From Gemmatimonadaceae bacterium (GTDB lineage Bacteria; Gemmatimonadota; Gemmatimonadetes; Gemmatimonadales; Gemmatimonadaceae), in contig JBHYGA010000007.1 in the NCBI GenBank assembly GCA_051859245.1, forward strand, positions 64,001 to 128,000: 64,000 nucleotides of DNA. Direction: 5' to 3'. Positions 9,123 to 19,283 of the stretch are shown piece after piece. Made by a program: the position numbers and the translations under genes. The stretch's first letter is position 1. Each line of letters opens with the position of its first letter. The notes below the pieces were generated by a model. That model did not search any database and was not told the DNA's origin. It worked only from the letters and a program-made list of their open reading frames with translations.

Positions 9123-11471
9123 ATGATCCAATGCGCTACCAAACGCTTGATGTTCGCGGTATGCGGCGCGCTGCTCTTGAGCGTGACGCCGTCAGTCGTG
9201 CTATTCGCGCAAGCACGAGAACGTACCGACGAAATGGAAGCGCCTGAGATTCGCGAACTGCGCATTACCGGTGTGCACTCCGTTGACAAGTCCGAACTGA
9301 AAGAGAGTCTTGTCACAAGGCCGTCCGCGTGTCTGAGTTTGCTGCTGAAGCCGTTTTGCCTGGTGAACAAGTCACGTTTTGTCTACGAGCGCCGCTATCT
9401 CGATGCCGAAGAATTCTCGCGCGACGTGTTGCGCGTGCTCGTGTATTACTACCGTCGAGGCTATCGCAGTGCGACGGTAGACACAGTCGTTGCGCGGGGT
9501 AGCGACAACACGGTCAAGCTGACCATGAATATCACAGAGGGTCCACCCACTAACGTTGCAACGCGCACCGTGGCCGATAGCGGTGGACTCTCTGCGCGCG
9601 AGCTGGGCGAACACTTCAAGCCACGTATCGGAGAACCGCTCGACCTGCTGACGCTCGACTCGAGCCTGGTCAAGTTGCGAGGACTACTTTGGGATCGGGG
9701 CTACGCGGATGCCACGGTTACAGCGACGAACAACGTCAACGACACGCTCAACAAGGCGGATCTTCAGCTGACCGTTGAGCCACGTTCGGTGATGACGATC
9801 GGCGAGATTCGCATCGCAGGCAATCGAACGGTTGATGAACAGACCATCCGCAACTCGCTGCTGATCAGTTCGGGTGACCTCTTTCGACGGTCCACGATTG
9901 GTCGAAGCCAGCGCGCGCTCTACGAATCGAGCCTGTTTCGACGCGTGATGATTGATACGGTGAGCCGCGCCAACAGTCCGGCGGCAGATACCTCCATGGA
10001 TCTGGTGGTGCGGGTGCAGGAAGCGCCGCTCCGCGAGGCACGACTACGCGCCGGATTCACCACGGCCGACTTTGCACTGGTCGACGCGAGGTTCACACAC
10101 AACTATTGGCTCGGTGGTGCACGCCGACTCGATTTGAACGCCGCTGTTGGCAATCTCTTCGCGAAGCAGCTGAGCACCACGCCGATCTTTGCCGACTTCG
10201 CGAATATCGTGCCGGATAATGCGCTGGGGCGATTCTTTGTCCCCACCTATCAGGTGAGCGCCGATGTGCGACAGCGCTGGTTCCAGTCGCCTCGCAACAC
10301 GGTAGGTGCGGGCGTGTTCAGCCATCGCCGCAGCTCACCAGGTGTATTCGTGGATCAGGGGTACGGTGCGAACACCACGTTTACGCGGGAGCTGGCCGAA
10401 CGCACAACACTCAGCGCCATTTACCGGTTCGAAATCTCACGCGTGCAAGCAGGAGATGTGTACTTCTGCGTGAACTTCGGGGTCTGTGATAACGGTACCA
10501 TCGATGCGTTGCGCGGCGACCAACGGCTGTCACCCGTTGCGCTGGCACTCAACCTGAGCACCACGGACCTTCCGTTTTCTCCTACGCACGGCATGCGCGT
10601 GCGAGCCGAACTGGAGCACGCATCGGCGTACACGGGGTCGTCGTTCCGCTACAACCGCGCGTACGCCGAGGTTGCGATGTACCGCACGCTGCCGTTGCGC
10701 ATTGTGGCGGGCAAGGATGTGGTGGTCGCAGGCAACGTGCGCGCCGGTTGGGTCGATCCACTCGCCAGCACAACAGACGCGGTCGGGATTGGCGGCTCGG
10801 CAAGCGTGCCCGGTGCTGCGATTGGCGCCGTGCTGCATCCGAGAAAGCGCTTCTACGCCGGTGGTTCGCAGAGCGTGCGTGGTTTCGGTGAAAACCAACT
10901 CGGTCCGCGTGTGCTCACCATTGATCCCGATCGCCTGCGCGGGCGACGCGACTCAGCCGGTATCACGTTGTATGCCTGCGCGCCATCCACGCCGATTCAA
11001 CAGTGTGATCTCAATCGGGACGGCCTCACCGATGCCGACTTTCAGGCGCGCCCACTCGGCGGAACGACCTTGCTCGAAGGTGGCGTTGAAGTGCGCATCC
11101 CCGTGTGGGGGTCAGTCGTTGGCGCATTGTTTGTCGATGGTGCGATCCTCGGTGAAGGCACCCTGAGCTCCATTACCCGTGGGAGTGGTGCGATCACTCC
11201 CGGGTTTGGCGTGCGGTACGAATCACCCGTGGGGCCCATTCGCATTGACCTCGGTGTACGCCCGTTGCTGCGACGAGCGTTGCCTGTGATCACGCAGGAA
11301 ACCGACAGCACCGGCACTCGAAGACTGGTGGATCTCACGCCGCCTGGTGGTTGCATCACAGCAACGACAGCAGGCTGTCGCGTGTTTCCCGCGCCGGATG
11401 AGCCGCGCAGTTTCATCAATCGACTCGTTAACCGCCTTACGTTACACCTGTCGATCGGTCAGGCGTTCTGA
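9123..11471 (+). CDS. tamA: Omp85/TamA-like outer membrane protein with POTRA domains
   Basis: POTRA repeats (YYRRGY, DRGYADA, IRIAGN), RFYAGGSQSVRGF, SPVGPIRIDLG, C-terminal IGQAF; start codon uncertain (9123 or 9150). Confidence 0.82.
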   Translation: MIQCATKRLMFAVCGALLLSVTPSVVLFAQARERTDEMEAPEIRELRITGVHSVDKSELKESLVTRPSACLSLLLKPFCLVNKSRFVYERRYLDAEEFSRDVLRVLVYYYRRGYRSATVDTVVARGSDNTVKLTMNITEGPPTNVATRTVADSGGLSARELGEHFKPRIGEPLDLLTLDSSLVKLRGLLWDRGYADATVTATNNVNDTLNKADLQLTVEPRSVMTIGEIRIAGNRTVDEQTIRNSLLISSGDLFRRSTIGRSQRALYESSLFRRVMIDTVSRANSPAADTSMDLVVRVQEAPLREARLRAGFTTADFALVDARFTHNYWLGGARRLDLNAAVGNLFAKQLSTTPIFADFANIVPDNALGRFFVPTYQVSADVRQRWFQSPRNTVGAGVFSHRRSSPGVFVDQGYGANTTFTRELAERTTLSAIYRFEISRVQAGDVYFCVNFGVCDNGTIDALRGDQRLSPVALALNLSTTDLPFSPTHGMRVRAELEHASAYTGSSFRYNRAYAEVAMYRTLPLRIVAGKDVVVAGNVRAGWVDPLASTTDAVGIGGSASVPGAAIGAVLHPRKRFYAGGSQSVRGFGENQLGPRVLTIDPDRLRGRRDSAGITLYACAPSTPIQQCDLNRDGLTDADFQARPLGGTTLLEGGVEVRIPVWGSVVGALFVDGAILGEGTLSSITRGSGAITPGFGVRYESPVGPIRIDLGVRPLLRRALPVITQETDSTGTRRLVDLTPPGGCITATTAGCRVFPAPDEPRSFINRLVNRLTLHLSIGQAF

Positions 11472-14400
11472 TGAGAACGGCGCTCAAGGTTACCGCGATT
11501 GTGCTTGCTGTCGCGCTCGTTCTGCTGCTGGGTGGCACGGCTGTGCTCACCAGTAGTGATTGGGGGCGTGAAAAAATCCGGACGCAGATCGTATCGGCGC
11601 TGCAGGGCACGGCGAACGGAAATGTCTCCATCGGTCGACTGGAGGGCAGTGTCCTCACCGGTTTGCGGTTGCATGATCTGACGATTACCGACAGCACCGG
11701 CGCGCCGTTTGTGAGCGTGCGCGAGGTGCGATCCGGATACTCTCTTGTGCCGCTCGCGTTTCGCAAGCGTATTGAACTGCGTGACGTCGTACTCGATCAT
11801 CCGGTCATCGTGCTTGAGCGCGCCGAAAATGGTAAATGGAACTACGAACGCATTTTTCCCGTGGATTCCACGGGCGGTCCAGCGAGCCAGGAGTTGCAGT
11901 GGGGCGAGTGGCTGGTGCTGCACGATGTGCAAATGGTGCAAGGCTCCGTCACCGTGCGCATGCCCTGGCAGCCAGACAGCACACTCACGGCCCAACAACG
12001 CGATAGCGCGCTGCGTTTCGCGTTGAGTGACCAGAGTCGAGTCGTGGTCCAACGCATTGATGATCGGCTTCAGGTTGTGCAGCGGTTTGAACGCATGGAC
12101 GCACGCTTGCCGCTCATTCGCTGGGCGCATCCGGACTACCAGACGCGTCGAATCGAAGCCGATTCGCTACGCATGATCGCGCATGCTTTCGCACCGCCGG
12201 CCGTGGATGTTCGCCAGGCGCGCGGAGCCATTGAACTAGATGCGGATTCGGTATGGTTCGATGCGCTTGAGGTGCGACTCCCGGCAACGGACGCCACGAT
12301 TGGTGGGCGGTACACCATCAACAATGGTGATCTCGCCTTACAGGTCGAAGGGCGGCAGGTCGCACTTGCCGATGTACGATTCGTGTACCCATCGCTCCCG
12401 GAAACCGGTACCGCCAGATTCAATCTTGCGCTGCTCTGGCAAGGCGACACGCAGCGCTACGATGTCCGTGATCTCGACGCCACCACCGGCGCAGCGCGCG
12501 TGCAAGGTCAGGTGGGTGTTGTCATGCGGGACTCGAGCATGGTGTACGAGCAGACAGACGTCACGTTCTCCGGCATTTCGACGGCGCTGATTGAGCAACT
12601 GCTGCCCGCATGGAATGTGCCGGCCAAAGGCGAGCTCTCTGGCCGCGCCAGTCTCAATGGCACGCTGTCGGCGCTCGATGTCGACGGTGACATCACCTTC
12701 GTTGACGACCTGTCCGGTCGCAGCCGACTGGTCGCGCAAGGCCTTGTGGGTACCGCGGGTGACGTGATCAGCGCGCAGGATCTGCGATTGACCTTCTCAC
12801 CAATGCAGGTCGCGCTGGCGCACAACTTTTCACCCGAAGTTCCTGTTGGCGGCACCATCACCGGGCGAATCACACTTGATGGTGCAAGTGACGTGCGGCT
12901 GGCGTTCAGCGGTGCGGACCTCACACATCGTGATCGTGGCGCACAGTCTCGTGTCACAGGATCGGGCGGCGTGCGGCTGGGATCATCGCCATTTATCGAC
13001 GCGGCCCTGCAGGCAGCACCGCTCTCGCTCACAACAGTAGGACGCTTTGCGCCCGCGGCGGGACTGCGCGGCGATGTGACAGGTCCTGTAACCGTGCGCG
13101 GTCCGTTGCGCGATCTGGAGATTGTGTCGACGCTACGCGCACCCGACGGTGGCACCATTGCGGCGCGGGGAAAGGTTGATCTGGAAAGTGAAGTGATCGG
13201 ATACGACATGGAAGTATCAACGGTGCTCTTCAATGCCAACCTGTTGGCCGAGACAGCACCAGTGACGTCACTCAGCGGATTGCTGCGCGCCACAGGACGT
13301 GGATCTGAGCCGGCGACGATGCAGGCCGACCTGTTCGCCAACATCTCAACATCGACGCTCGACACGGTGGCCGTGGACTCCGCGCGCGTACGCGTGCGCA
13401 TTGCCAATGGTATGGCGTCAATTGATACGTTGTACATCGGTGCACCTGGAACACGTGTCAGCGCACTCGGCACATTCGGTCTCTCCGAGACGGCCCGCGG
13501 CAGCCTGGCGTACGATGTCGCGATAGATTCGTTGCGTGGACTGGCGCGCTATCTCCCCAGAGATACCGCGATTGTGGCGCCGCGTCCGTCCATCATGGCC
13601 GAACGACTCGCACGTGCGCGCGCGGATTCCATGGCCGAAGCGCAGCGCTTGCTCGTTGCTCGTGCCGCCGGCGTTGCGCCGCCCGCCGCTCCAGTGCGAG
13701 TAGACTCGATTCCCTCGCTTCGACGCGATGCGCTGGCCGGGTCCATACGTGCGATTGGCACGGTTGACGGTGGACTCGGCGGTTTTGATGTCCGCGGTAA
13801 CGCGAGTGCAGAAGGCGTGGTGGTACTGGGCAACAGCGTGCGCGTGGCTCGCGCCAAGTACACGTGGCTCGGTGTGCTGACAGACAGCGCCATCGCCAGC
13901 GCTGAGATCAGCGCGGATACCGTGAGCGCGTCCGGCTTCGCGCTCGATAGCGTGTCGGTGAAGGCCACCTATCGAGCGCCAGGTGGAACTGCTGAAGTCG
14001 CGGTGTTCCAGGATGACACACGGGAGTACAGCGTGGCCGCGAACTACGCGCTGTATACTGACAGCAGCGAACTGTTGCTCAACCGGGTGCGTGTGCGGTT
14101 TGACACCACCTTGTGGGCTTCGGCTCGCGCAGGTTCGGTGCGGTGGGGACAGCCTGGCATTGTGATTGATTCCATAGATCTGCGAAGCGGAGCGAACGGT
14201 CGACTGTTTGTGAATGGACGAGTGCCCACCGAAGGTGATGCCAATCTTGATGTTGTGGTTGAGCGGTTTCAGCTTGGCGATCTGCTCGGGCTGCTTCAGA
14301 GCGACGTGCCCGGACGCGGTCTGTTGTCGATCAAGTCCTCCGTGTCAGGAACTGGCGAAGCACCGCTGATCCGTGGCAACGCGTCGCTTACCGAAGCGAT

Positions 14401-16051
14401 GTATGCGGGCGACACCGTGCCCGACGTGCGCACCACGTTTGACTACAAGAATCTGCAGCTCACCGCTCGTGCCGACGCCACATACTTCGCACGCGAGATC
14501 GCGCAGGCCGATGCCGTCATTCCCATCAATCTGGCGCTCAAGTCGGACAGCGCGTCACGTCTGCTTGACAGGCCAGCCACCGCGAACGTTCGTCTGGACA
14601 GCTTGCCGCTTGCGCTGGCATCACGTTTCACCGACGCTGTATCGCAGATTGAGGGATACGCGAAGGGTGAAGCGTCGCTGCGCGGTACGCTCAAGGAGCC
14701 TGAACTGACCGGCGATCTTGATGTCGCACTCGGCAGCGGGCGGATCAATGCGCTCGGCGTGACGTTCCGCGATATCACCGGCACGCTGCGTTTGCAGGGC
14801 GATACGGTGCTGCTGGATTCACTCACGGCGCGCAGTCGTGGTAGCATCGGACTTCGCGGCGGCATTGGCATTGCGAAAATCGCCGAGCCGAGTTTTGACC
14901 TTCGGCTCACGGCTGACAACGCGCGAGTGCTGGACAACGAAACGGGTCGCGTCGACGCCAACGCTGCGATTCGTATTCAGGGTCCATTCAGCGCTGTCGT
15001 GGTGAACGGCACCGCGCGTATTCGCGAGGGCGTGCTCTACATCCCTGAGACAAGCACGGCCACTGCCATCACGGCGAGTGATCCGGCGGTTTTCGCGGTG
15101 GTTGATACGACCAACGAAGCGGAAACGGTGCTCGTGCCAGAACGCTCAGCGCTCGTGGACAATCTGCGCATGAACTTGCGGTTGTCGGTCGATCGCAACA
15201 CGTGGGTGCGTTCTCCCGAGGCGAATGTTGAGATCTACAGTGACGGTAACCTGCGCATTGTAGTTGACCAGCGACGCAAAGCGCTGGCGCTGGATGGCAT
15301 CGTCAATACCGATCGCGGCGAATACGAGTTTCTCAGCAAGCGTTTCCAGATCAAACGCGGCACGGCCACGTTCATCGGCACAGAAGAGATCGATCCGTTG
15401 TTGCAGCTCACTGGCGAGTTCGAAGTCAAACAGGCCTCGCAGCAAGCGCTGGCCGTGCGCGTAAATATTGGTGGCACGATGCTCAGTCCGCGCATCACGC
15501 TTGAAAGCGATGCGCAGCCGCCGATTTCACAAAGCGACTTGCTCAGCTACCTCGCGTTTGGCAGTGAATCAGGCTCGCTGCTCCAGTTTGGCGGTTCGAG
15601 CGTGTCTGGTGGCACCGCGGGCGGAAGTCTGGTTGGTACCAGCGCCGCACTAGCCACGCGACAGCTTGCCAGCGTTGCACTTGGTGTCGCGGTGAACGAA
15701 CTCGAAGGGCAGGCATCACGCTCGCTCGGCGCCGACGTCTTTAACATCACACCGGCGAATGTGCCGACAGAACTCGCGAGTGGGAATTTCGGCGCCTTCG
15801 AAACGTTCCTGAAGGGAACGCAGTTCGAGTTTGGCAAATACATCAGCACCGGCACGTTCGTCGGCTTGCAGGCGCAACTCACCAGCGTGCCAGGTTTTCG
15901 CGTGGAGCATCGATTCCGCCGCAATCCGGGCTTCAGTATTGAGTCGACGTTTCAACCGCGGTTCTTTTTGCCAGACCCGTCGCTCACGCAGCAGGAGCTG
16001 CGTCGTGCACACGCGCTTGGGTTCTTCCTTACCCGGCTCTGGCGGTTCTAG
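11471..16051 (+). CDS. tamB: Translocation and assembly module TamB (DUF490) family protein
   Basis: 1526 aa beta-rich protein with N-terminal TM anchor; C-terminal GEYEFLSKRFQIKRG...DPLL...GTMLSPRITLESD...DLLSYLAFG; coupled to tamA (TGATG). Confidence 0.88.
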   Translation: MRTALKVTAIVLAVALVLLLGGTAVLTSSDWGREKIRTQIVSALQGTANGNVSIGRLEGSVLTGLRLHDLTITDSTGAPFVSVREVRSGYSLVPLAFRKRIELRDVVLDHPVIVLERAENGKWNYERIFPVDSTGGPASQELQWGEWLVLHDVQMVQGSVTVRMPWQPDSTLTAQQRDSALRFALSDQSRVVVQRIDDRLQVVQRFERMDARLPLIRWAHPDYQTRRIEADSLRMIAHAFAPPAVDVRQARGAIELDADSVWFDALEVRLPATDATIGGRYTINNGDLALQVEGRQVALADVRFVYPSLPETGTARFNLALLWQGDTQRYDVRDLDATTGAARVQGQVGVVMRDSSMVYEQTDVTFSGISTALIEQLLPAWNVPAKGELSGRASLNGTLSALDVDGDITFVDDLSGRSRLVAQGLVGTAGDVISAQDLRLTFSPMQVALAHNFSPEVPVGGTITGRITLDGASDVRLAFSGADLTHRDRGAQSRVTGSGGVRLGSSPFIDAALQAAPLSLTTVGRFAPAAGLRGDVTGPVTVRGPLRDLEIVSTLRAPDGGTIAARGKVDLESEVIGYDMEVSTVLFNANLLAETAPVTSLSGLLRATGRGSEPATMQADLFANISTSTLDTVAVDSARVRVRIANGMASIDTLYIGAPGTRVSALGTFGLSETARGSLAYDVAIDSLRGLARYLPRDTAIVAPRPSIMAERLARARADSMAEAQRLLVARAAGVAPPAAPVRVDSIPSLRRDALAGSIRAIGTVDGGLGGFDVRGNASAEGVVVLGNSVRVARAKYTWLGVLTDSAIASAEISADTVSASGFALDSVSVKATYRAPGGTAEVAVFQDDTREYSVAANYALYTDSSELLLNRVRVRFDTTLWASARAGSVRWGQPGIVIDSIDLRSGANGRLFVNGRVPTEGDANLDVVVERFQLGDLLGLLQSDVPGRGLLSIKSSVSGTGEAPLIRGNASLTEAMYAGDTVPDVRTTFDYKNLQLTARADATYFAREIAQADAVIPINLALKSDSASRLLDRPATANVRLDSLPLALASRFTDAVSQIEGYAKGEASLRGTLKEPELTGDLDVALGSGRINALGVTFRDITGTLRLQGDTVLLDSLTARSRGSIGLRGGIGIAKIAEPSFDLRLTADNARVLDNETGRVDANAAIRIQGPFSAVVVNGTARIREGVLYIPETSTATAITASDPAVFAVVDTTNEAETVLVPERSALVDNLRMNLRLSVDRNTWVRSPEANVEIYSDGNLRIVVDQRRKALALDGIVNTDRGEYEFLSKRFQIKRGTATFIGTEEIDPLLQLTGEFEVKQASQQALAVRVNIGGTMLSPRITLESDAQPPISQSDLLSYLAFGSESGSLLQFGGSSVSGGTAGGSLVGTSAALATRQLASVALGVAVNELEGQASRSLGADVFNITPANVPTELASGNFGAFETFLKGTQFEFGKYISTGTFVGLQAQLTSVPGFRVEHRFRRNPGFSIESTFQPRFFLPDPSLTQQELRRAHALGFFLTRLWRF

Positions 16052-16203
16052 GCCTCTGTTGTGCGCGACGCGAGCGTCCGAGGCATGAGTACGCCCGTTG
16101 AGTCAGCTCCGAGCCCTCTCCATGATCCAGAATCACGAAGTCTGACGCTTACAGGGTGAGCGTGCGCTCCACACGAATCTCATCCTCAGTAACGAGCTCA
16201 GCA

Positions 16204-16908
16204 ATGCGAACAGTTCTTGGCGTCACCCTGGTCCTCTCAACGCTTCTCGCATCGCCGGCAGAGGCACAGTTCACCATACTCGGCTTTGATGATCTGCCGG
16301 GCACGGAAACGGCGATCCCAAATGGTTACGGCGGTTTCGTCTGGGATAATTTTTCAAGTCGTAACACCTGCGACATCAGCCCGGACTACGCGTTTTGCGC
16401 CGGCAGTCTGATCTCTCCGCCCAATGTTGCGATCAACGGAGGTGGAAATCCTGCCGCTGTTCGCGCCGTGAATGGGATGCCGTTCAATTTTCTCGTGGGC
16501 ACGTTCAGCAGCGGAACCAACTACGACATGCGACTCGAGCTTGCCGGCTTTCTGAACGGATCGCTTGTGCACGCTCTCGACATCGATCTGCCGTTTAATA
16601 GCATCAATGCGTGGTCGGTGGACTGGATTGTCGACGAACTTCGATTCACCGCGTTCGTTGATGATCTCGGCGCGCCGGCGGAAACACCGGCGCGCTTTAC
16701 ACTTGACGAGTTCTACTTCGCGGAATACGTGAACGTGGTGCCAGAACCACAGTCCGTCGGCATGCTGATTATGGGACTCGCTGGGCTCGCCACGGTGCGG
16801 CGCCGACGCGCCACCATCGCAAGACCCAGAAATCCGCTGGCCAAGAGCATGAATGCCGCCGGCTCTGGGACAACGCTCGCTTCGTCAAAGCGAGTAACAA
16901 GTCCCTGA
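16204..16908 (+). CDS. PEP-CTERM sorting domain protein
   Basis: Signal peptide (AEA-Q), GFDDLP..IPNGYGGFVW domain, VPEPQSVGMLIMGLAGLATVRRRR; abnormal tail runs into the convergent gene. Confidence 0.82.
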   Translation: MRTVLGVTLVLSTLLASPAEAQFTILGFDDLPGTETAIPNGYGGFVWDNFSSRNTCDISPDYAFCAGSLISPPNVAINGGGNPAAVRAVNGMPFNFLVGTFSSGTNYDMRLELAGFLNGSLVHALDIDLPFNSINAWSVDWIVDELRFTAFVDDLGAPAETPARFTLDEFYFAEYVNVVPEPQSVGMLIMGLAGLATVRRRRATIARPRNPLAKSMNAAGSGTTLASSKRVTSP

Positions 16909-17501
16909 CCACGAATGCCGTTGCTCGCGAGTACGCCGAACTGACGATCGCTCGCGGTAGAGACAAGAAACTCTCCCTGTGCATCACGATAGAGATCGAA
17001 CACGGCGCGAGCGGGAATCGCGAATCCACCGCCGATCGCGGTAAAGTCTACCTCGAGCAACAGGTTGCCCTGCAAGGGGTCGTACAGAAATGGCGACCCG
17101 GTCACGGTGAGCACCGAGGGTGCCGCCGTGTTTGCGGCAATCGTTAGCGTGCCGAACGCCTGCCGTGGACCCGTTACGTTTGCACTTGGAGTACTCGTGT
17201 TGACGTTGACAGCTGCAACACTTGTGGTCGAGAAGAAGAAGTTGAATGTGCCTTGCTGCAGGATACCGGTATTCGGTTTTGTGAAGAAACTCACAGAGCC
17301 GATGTTGAGCTGCTCCGCGAACAAGCTGGACGAATACAGTTGCTGAAACTTCGTCCATCCGCCGGAATGACCGAACGGATAGTTCGTTCCGTTTCCGGCC
17401 GCCCCGGGTGTGCCGATCGTGACTTGTGCGGATGCGGCACTACCGGCGACGGCCGCCAGCACTGTGGCAACAACGGTGCACCTGAGCGTGCGTCGTAGCA
17501 T
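16713..17501 (-). CDS. PEP-CTERM sorting domain protein
   Basis: Signal peptide (ASA-Q), VPEPAAFMLLASGFLGLAMVARRRR; abnormal tail runs into the convergent gene. Confidence 0.85.
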   Translation of the reverse strand: MLRRTLRCTVVATVLAAVAGSAASAQVTIGTPGAAGNGTNYPFGHSGGWTKFQQLYSSSLFAEQLNIGSVSFFTKPNTGILQQGTFNFFFSTTSVAAVNVNTSTPSANVTGPRQAFGTLTIAANTAAPSVLTVTGSPFLYDPLQGNLLLEVDFTAIGGGFAIPARAVFDLYRDAQGEFLVSTASDRQFGVLASNGIRGQGLVTRFDEASVVPEPAAFMLLASGFLGLAMVARRRRTVASPASPIISMPTDCGSGTTFTYSAK

Positions 17502-17642
17502 GAAACCCGACCCCTTGCAAAGAATGAGAAAGCCCTCGCGGATAGGGGATACGTGAGACGGGAGCCGGTGGATCTGTTCGCAGGATAATTCGTCACTGCT
17601 TACCTTTCCTGCTCGACCATCACCTGACTCAATCTTCGCCGC

Positions 17643-19253
17643 GTGACTCTTCTCTCCTGCTCCAATATCGGGATCTCCTTCGGAGCGACCGAACTACTCA
17701 AGAACATCACCTTTACCGTTGCCGAGGGCGAGCGGTGGGGGATCATCGGGCGTAATGGCGCCGGAAAAACGTCGATCTTCAGCGTCATTACGGGCGAGCG
17801 ACAGCCCAATGTTGGCGCGGTGGCGCGTAAGCCGGGACTGCGACACGCGCTGCTCGATCAGCATCGGGCGTTCGAAGGCGCAACTACGGTGTGGCAAGCC
17901 GGCGCCGCGGCCTGGCGCGAGGTGATTGCGCTTGAGCAGCGCATCGCCGAACAAGCCATGGCGCTCGGCGAGATGGGTGACAAGATCACCGACGAAATGC
18001 TGGAAAAGTTCGGCCACGATCAGGAACGGTTTGCAGACCTTGGTGGCTACGTGTACCACGCACGCGTGGACGCCGTGTTGCAGGGACTTGGCTTCGATGC
18101 GGAAGAATCCAAGACGCGGCTCGTGTCAACGCTTTCCGGCGGAGAACGCGGACGTGTTGGCCTCGCGGCGCAGCTGATTGCACCAGCCGATCTGTTGCTG
18201 CTCGACGAACCCACCAATCACCTGGATCTCGACACCACCACGTGGTTGCAGGACTGGTTGAAAGACGCAGAAGAAACGGTGCTCGTGGTGTCACACGATC
18301 GTGCGTTTCTTGACGCGGTGTGCACGAACATTCTGCATGTGGAAGCCAAGTCGAGCGAAGCATACAAGGGCAACTACAGTCAGTTCGTTCCGCAGCGCGC
18401 GGAACGCCGGCTGACGCGCGAACGCGAGCTCGAAAAGCAGCGCGCGTACGTGAAAAAGGAAGAGGAGTACATTCGCCGCAATCTTGCCGGCGTGAACTCG
18501 TTTCAGGCCAAGGGTAAACGCAAGCGTCTTGAGCGGTTGCCGCGACTGGCGCCGCCACCAGGCGATCCCGCGGCCATGTCACTCGAGTTCAAAGTGGCCG
18601 AACGCGGCGGTGATCAGGTGGTGGCCATCAAGGATCTGCGCGTGGAAGTGCCTGGTCGTGTGCTCGTTGACGACTTTACCGCCGTGCTGCGGCGCAATGA
18701 CTTTGTCGCGCTCGTGGGACCAAACGGCGCCGGCAAGTCGTCGTTCATCTCCACGATCCTTGGCGACCGCGCGCCGGCCGCCGGTTCCGCGAAGGTGGGC
18801 GCGTCGATCATGCCGGCTTGGTTCCGACAGGATCTCGCGGATCTGCCACTGCGCTCGTCCATGTCGGATGCAATCCACGCCCAGCGCCCGCTATGGAATC
18901 GCGGACAGGTGCAAAACCACCTCGGCGCGTTCGGATTCAGCGGTGAGGAAGTATTCCGCGAAATCCACACGCTCAGTGGTGGTGAACGCGCGCGTATGGC
19001 GCTCGCCATCATGACGCTCACTGGCGCGAACCTGCTCGTGCTCGACGAACCCACCAATCACCTCGACGTGGAAAACATCGAAGTGCTTGAAGACGCACTC
19101 GACGAGTACGAGGGTACGGTGCTGCTGGTGAGCCACGATCGTGCCTTCTTGCGCGAAGTCGCAACGCGCGTGTGGTGGTTCAACGGCACGCGCCTGATGG
19201 ATTTCGACGGGCCGTTTGTCGAGTGGGAGGAGGATCAGGCGCGGCGGAGGTAG
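17643..19253 (+). CDS. ABC-F family ATP-binding protein
   Basis: Two ABC cassettes (GRNGAGKT/LSGGE/DEPTNHLD and GPNGAGKS/LSGGE/DEPTNHLD) with a charged linker, no TM segments. Confidence 0.93.
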   Translation: MTLLSCSNIGISFGATELLKNITFTVAEGERWGIIGRNGAGKTSIFSVITGERQPNVGAVARKPGLRHALLDQHRAFEGATTVWQAGAAAWREVIALEQRIAEQAMALGEMGDKITDEMLEKFGHDQERFADLGGYVYHARVDAVLQGLGFDAEESKTRLVSTLSGGERGRVGLAAQLIAPADLLLLDEPTNHLDLDTTTWLQDWLKDAEETVLVVSHDRAFLDAVCTNILHVEAKSSEAYKGNYSQFVPQRAERRLTRERELEKQRAYVKKEEEYIRRNLAGVNSFQAKGKRKRLERLPRLAPPPGDPAAMSLEFKVAERGGDQVVAIKDLRVEVPGRVLVDDFTAVLRRNDFVALVGPNGAGKSSFISTILGDRAPAAGSAKVGASIMPAWFRQDLADLPLRSSMSDAIHAQRPLWNRGQVQNHLGAFGFSGEEVFREIHTLSGGERARMALAIMTLTGANLLVLDEPTNHLDVENIEVLEDALDEYEGTVLLVSHDRAFLREVATRVWWFNGTRLMDFDGPFVEWEEDQARRR

Positions 19254-19283
19254 CGCAGCGTGCGTGTCACCTGAAAGGCCCGT

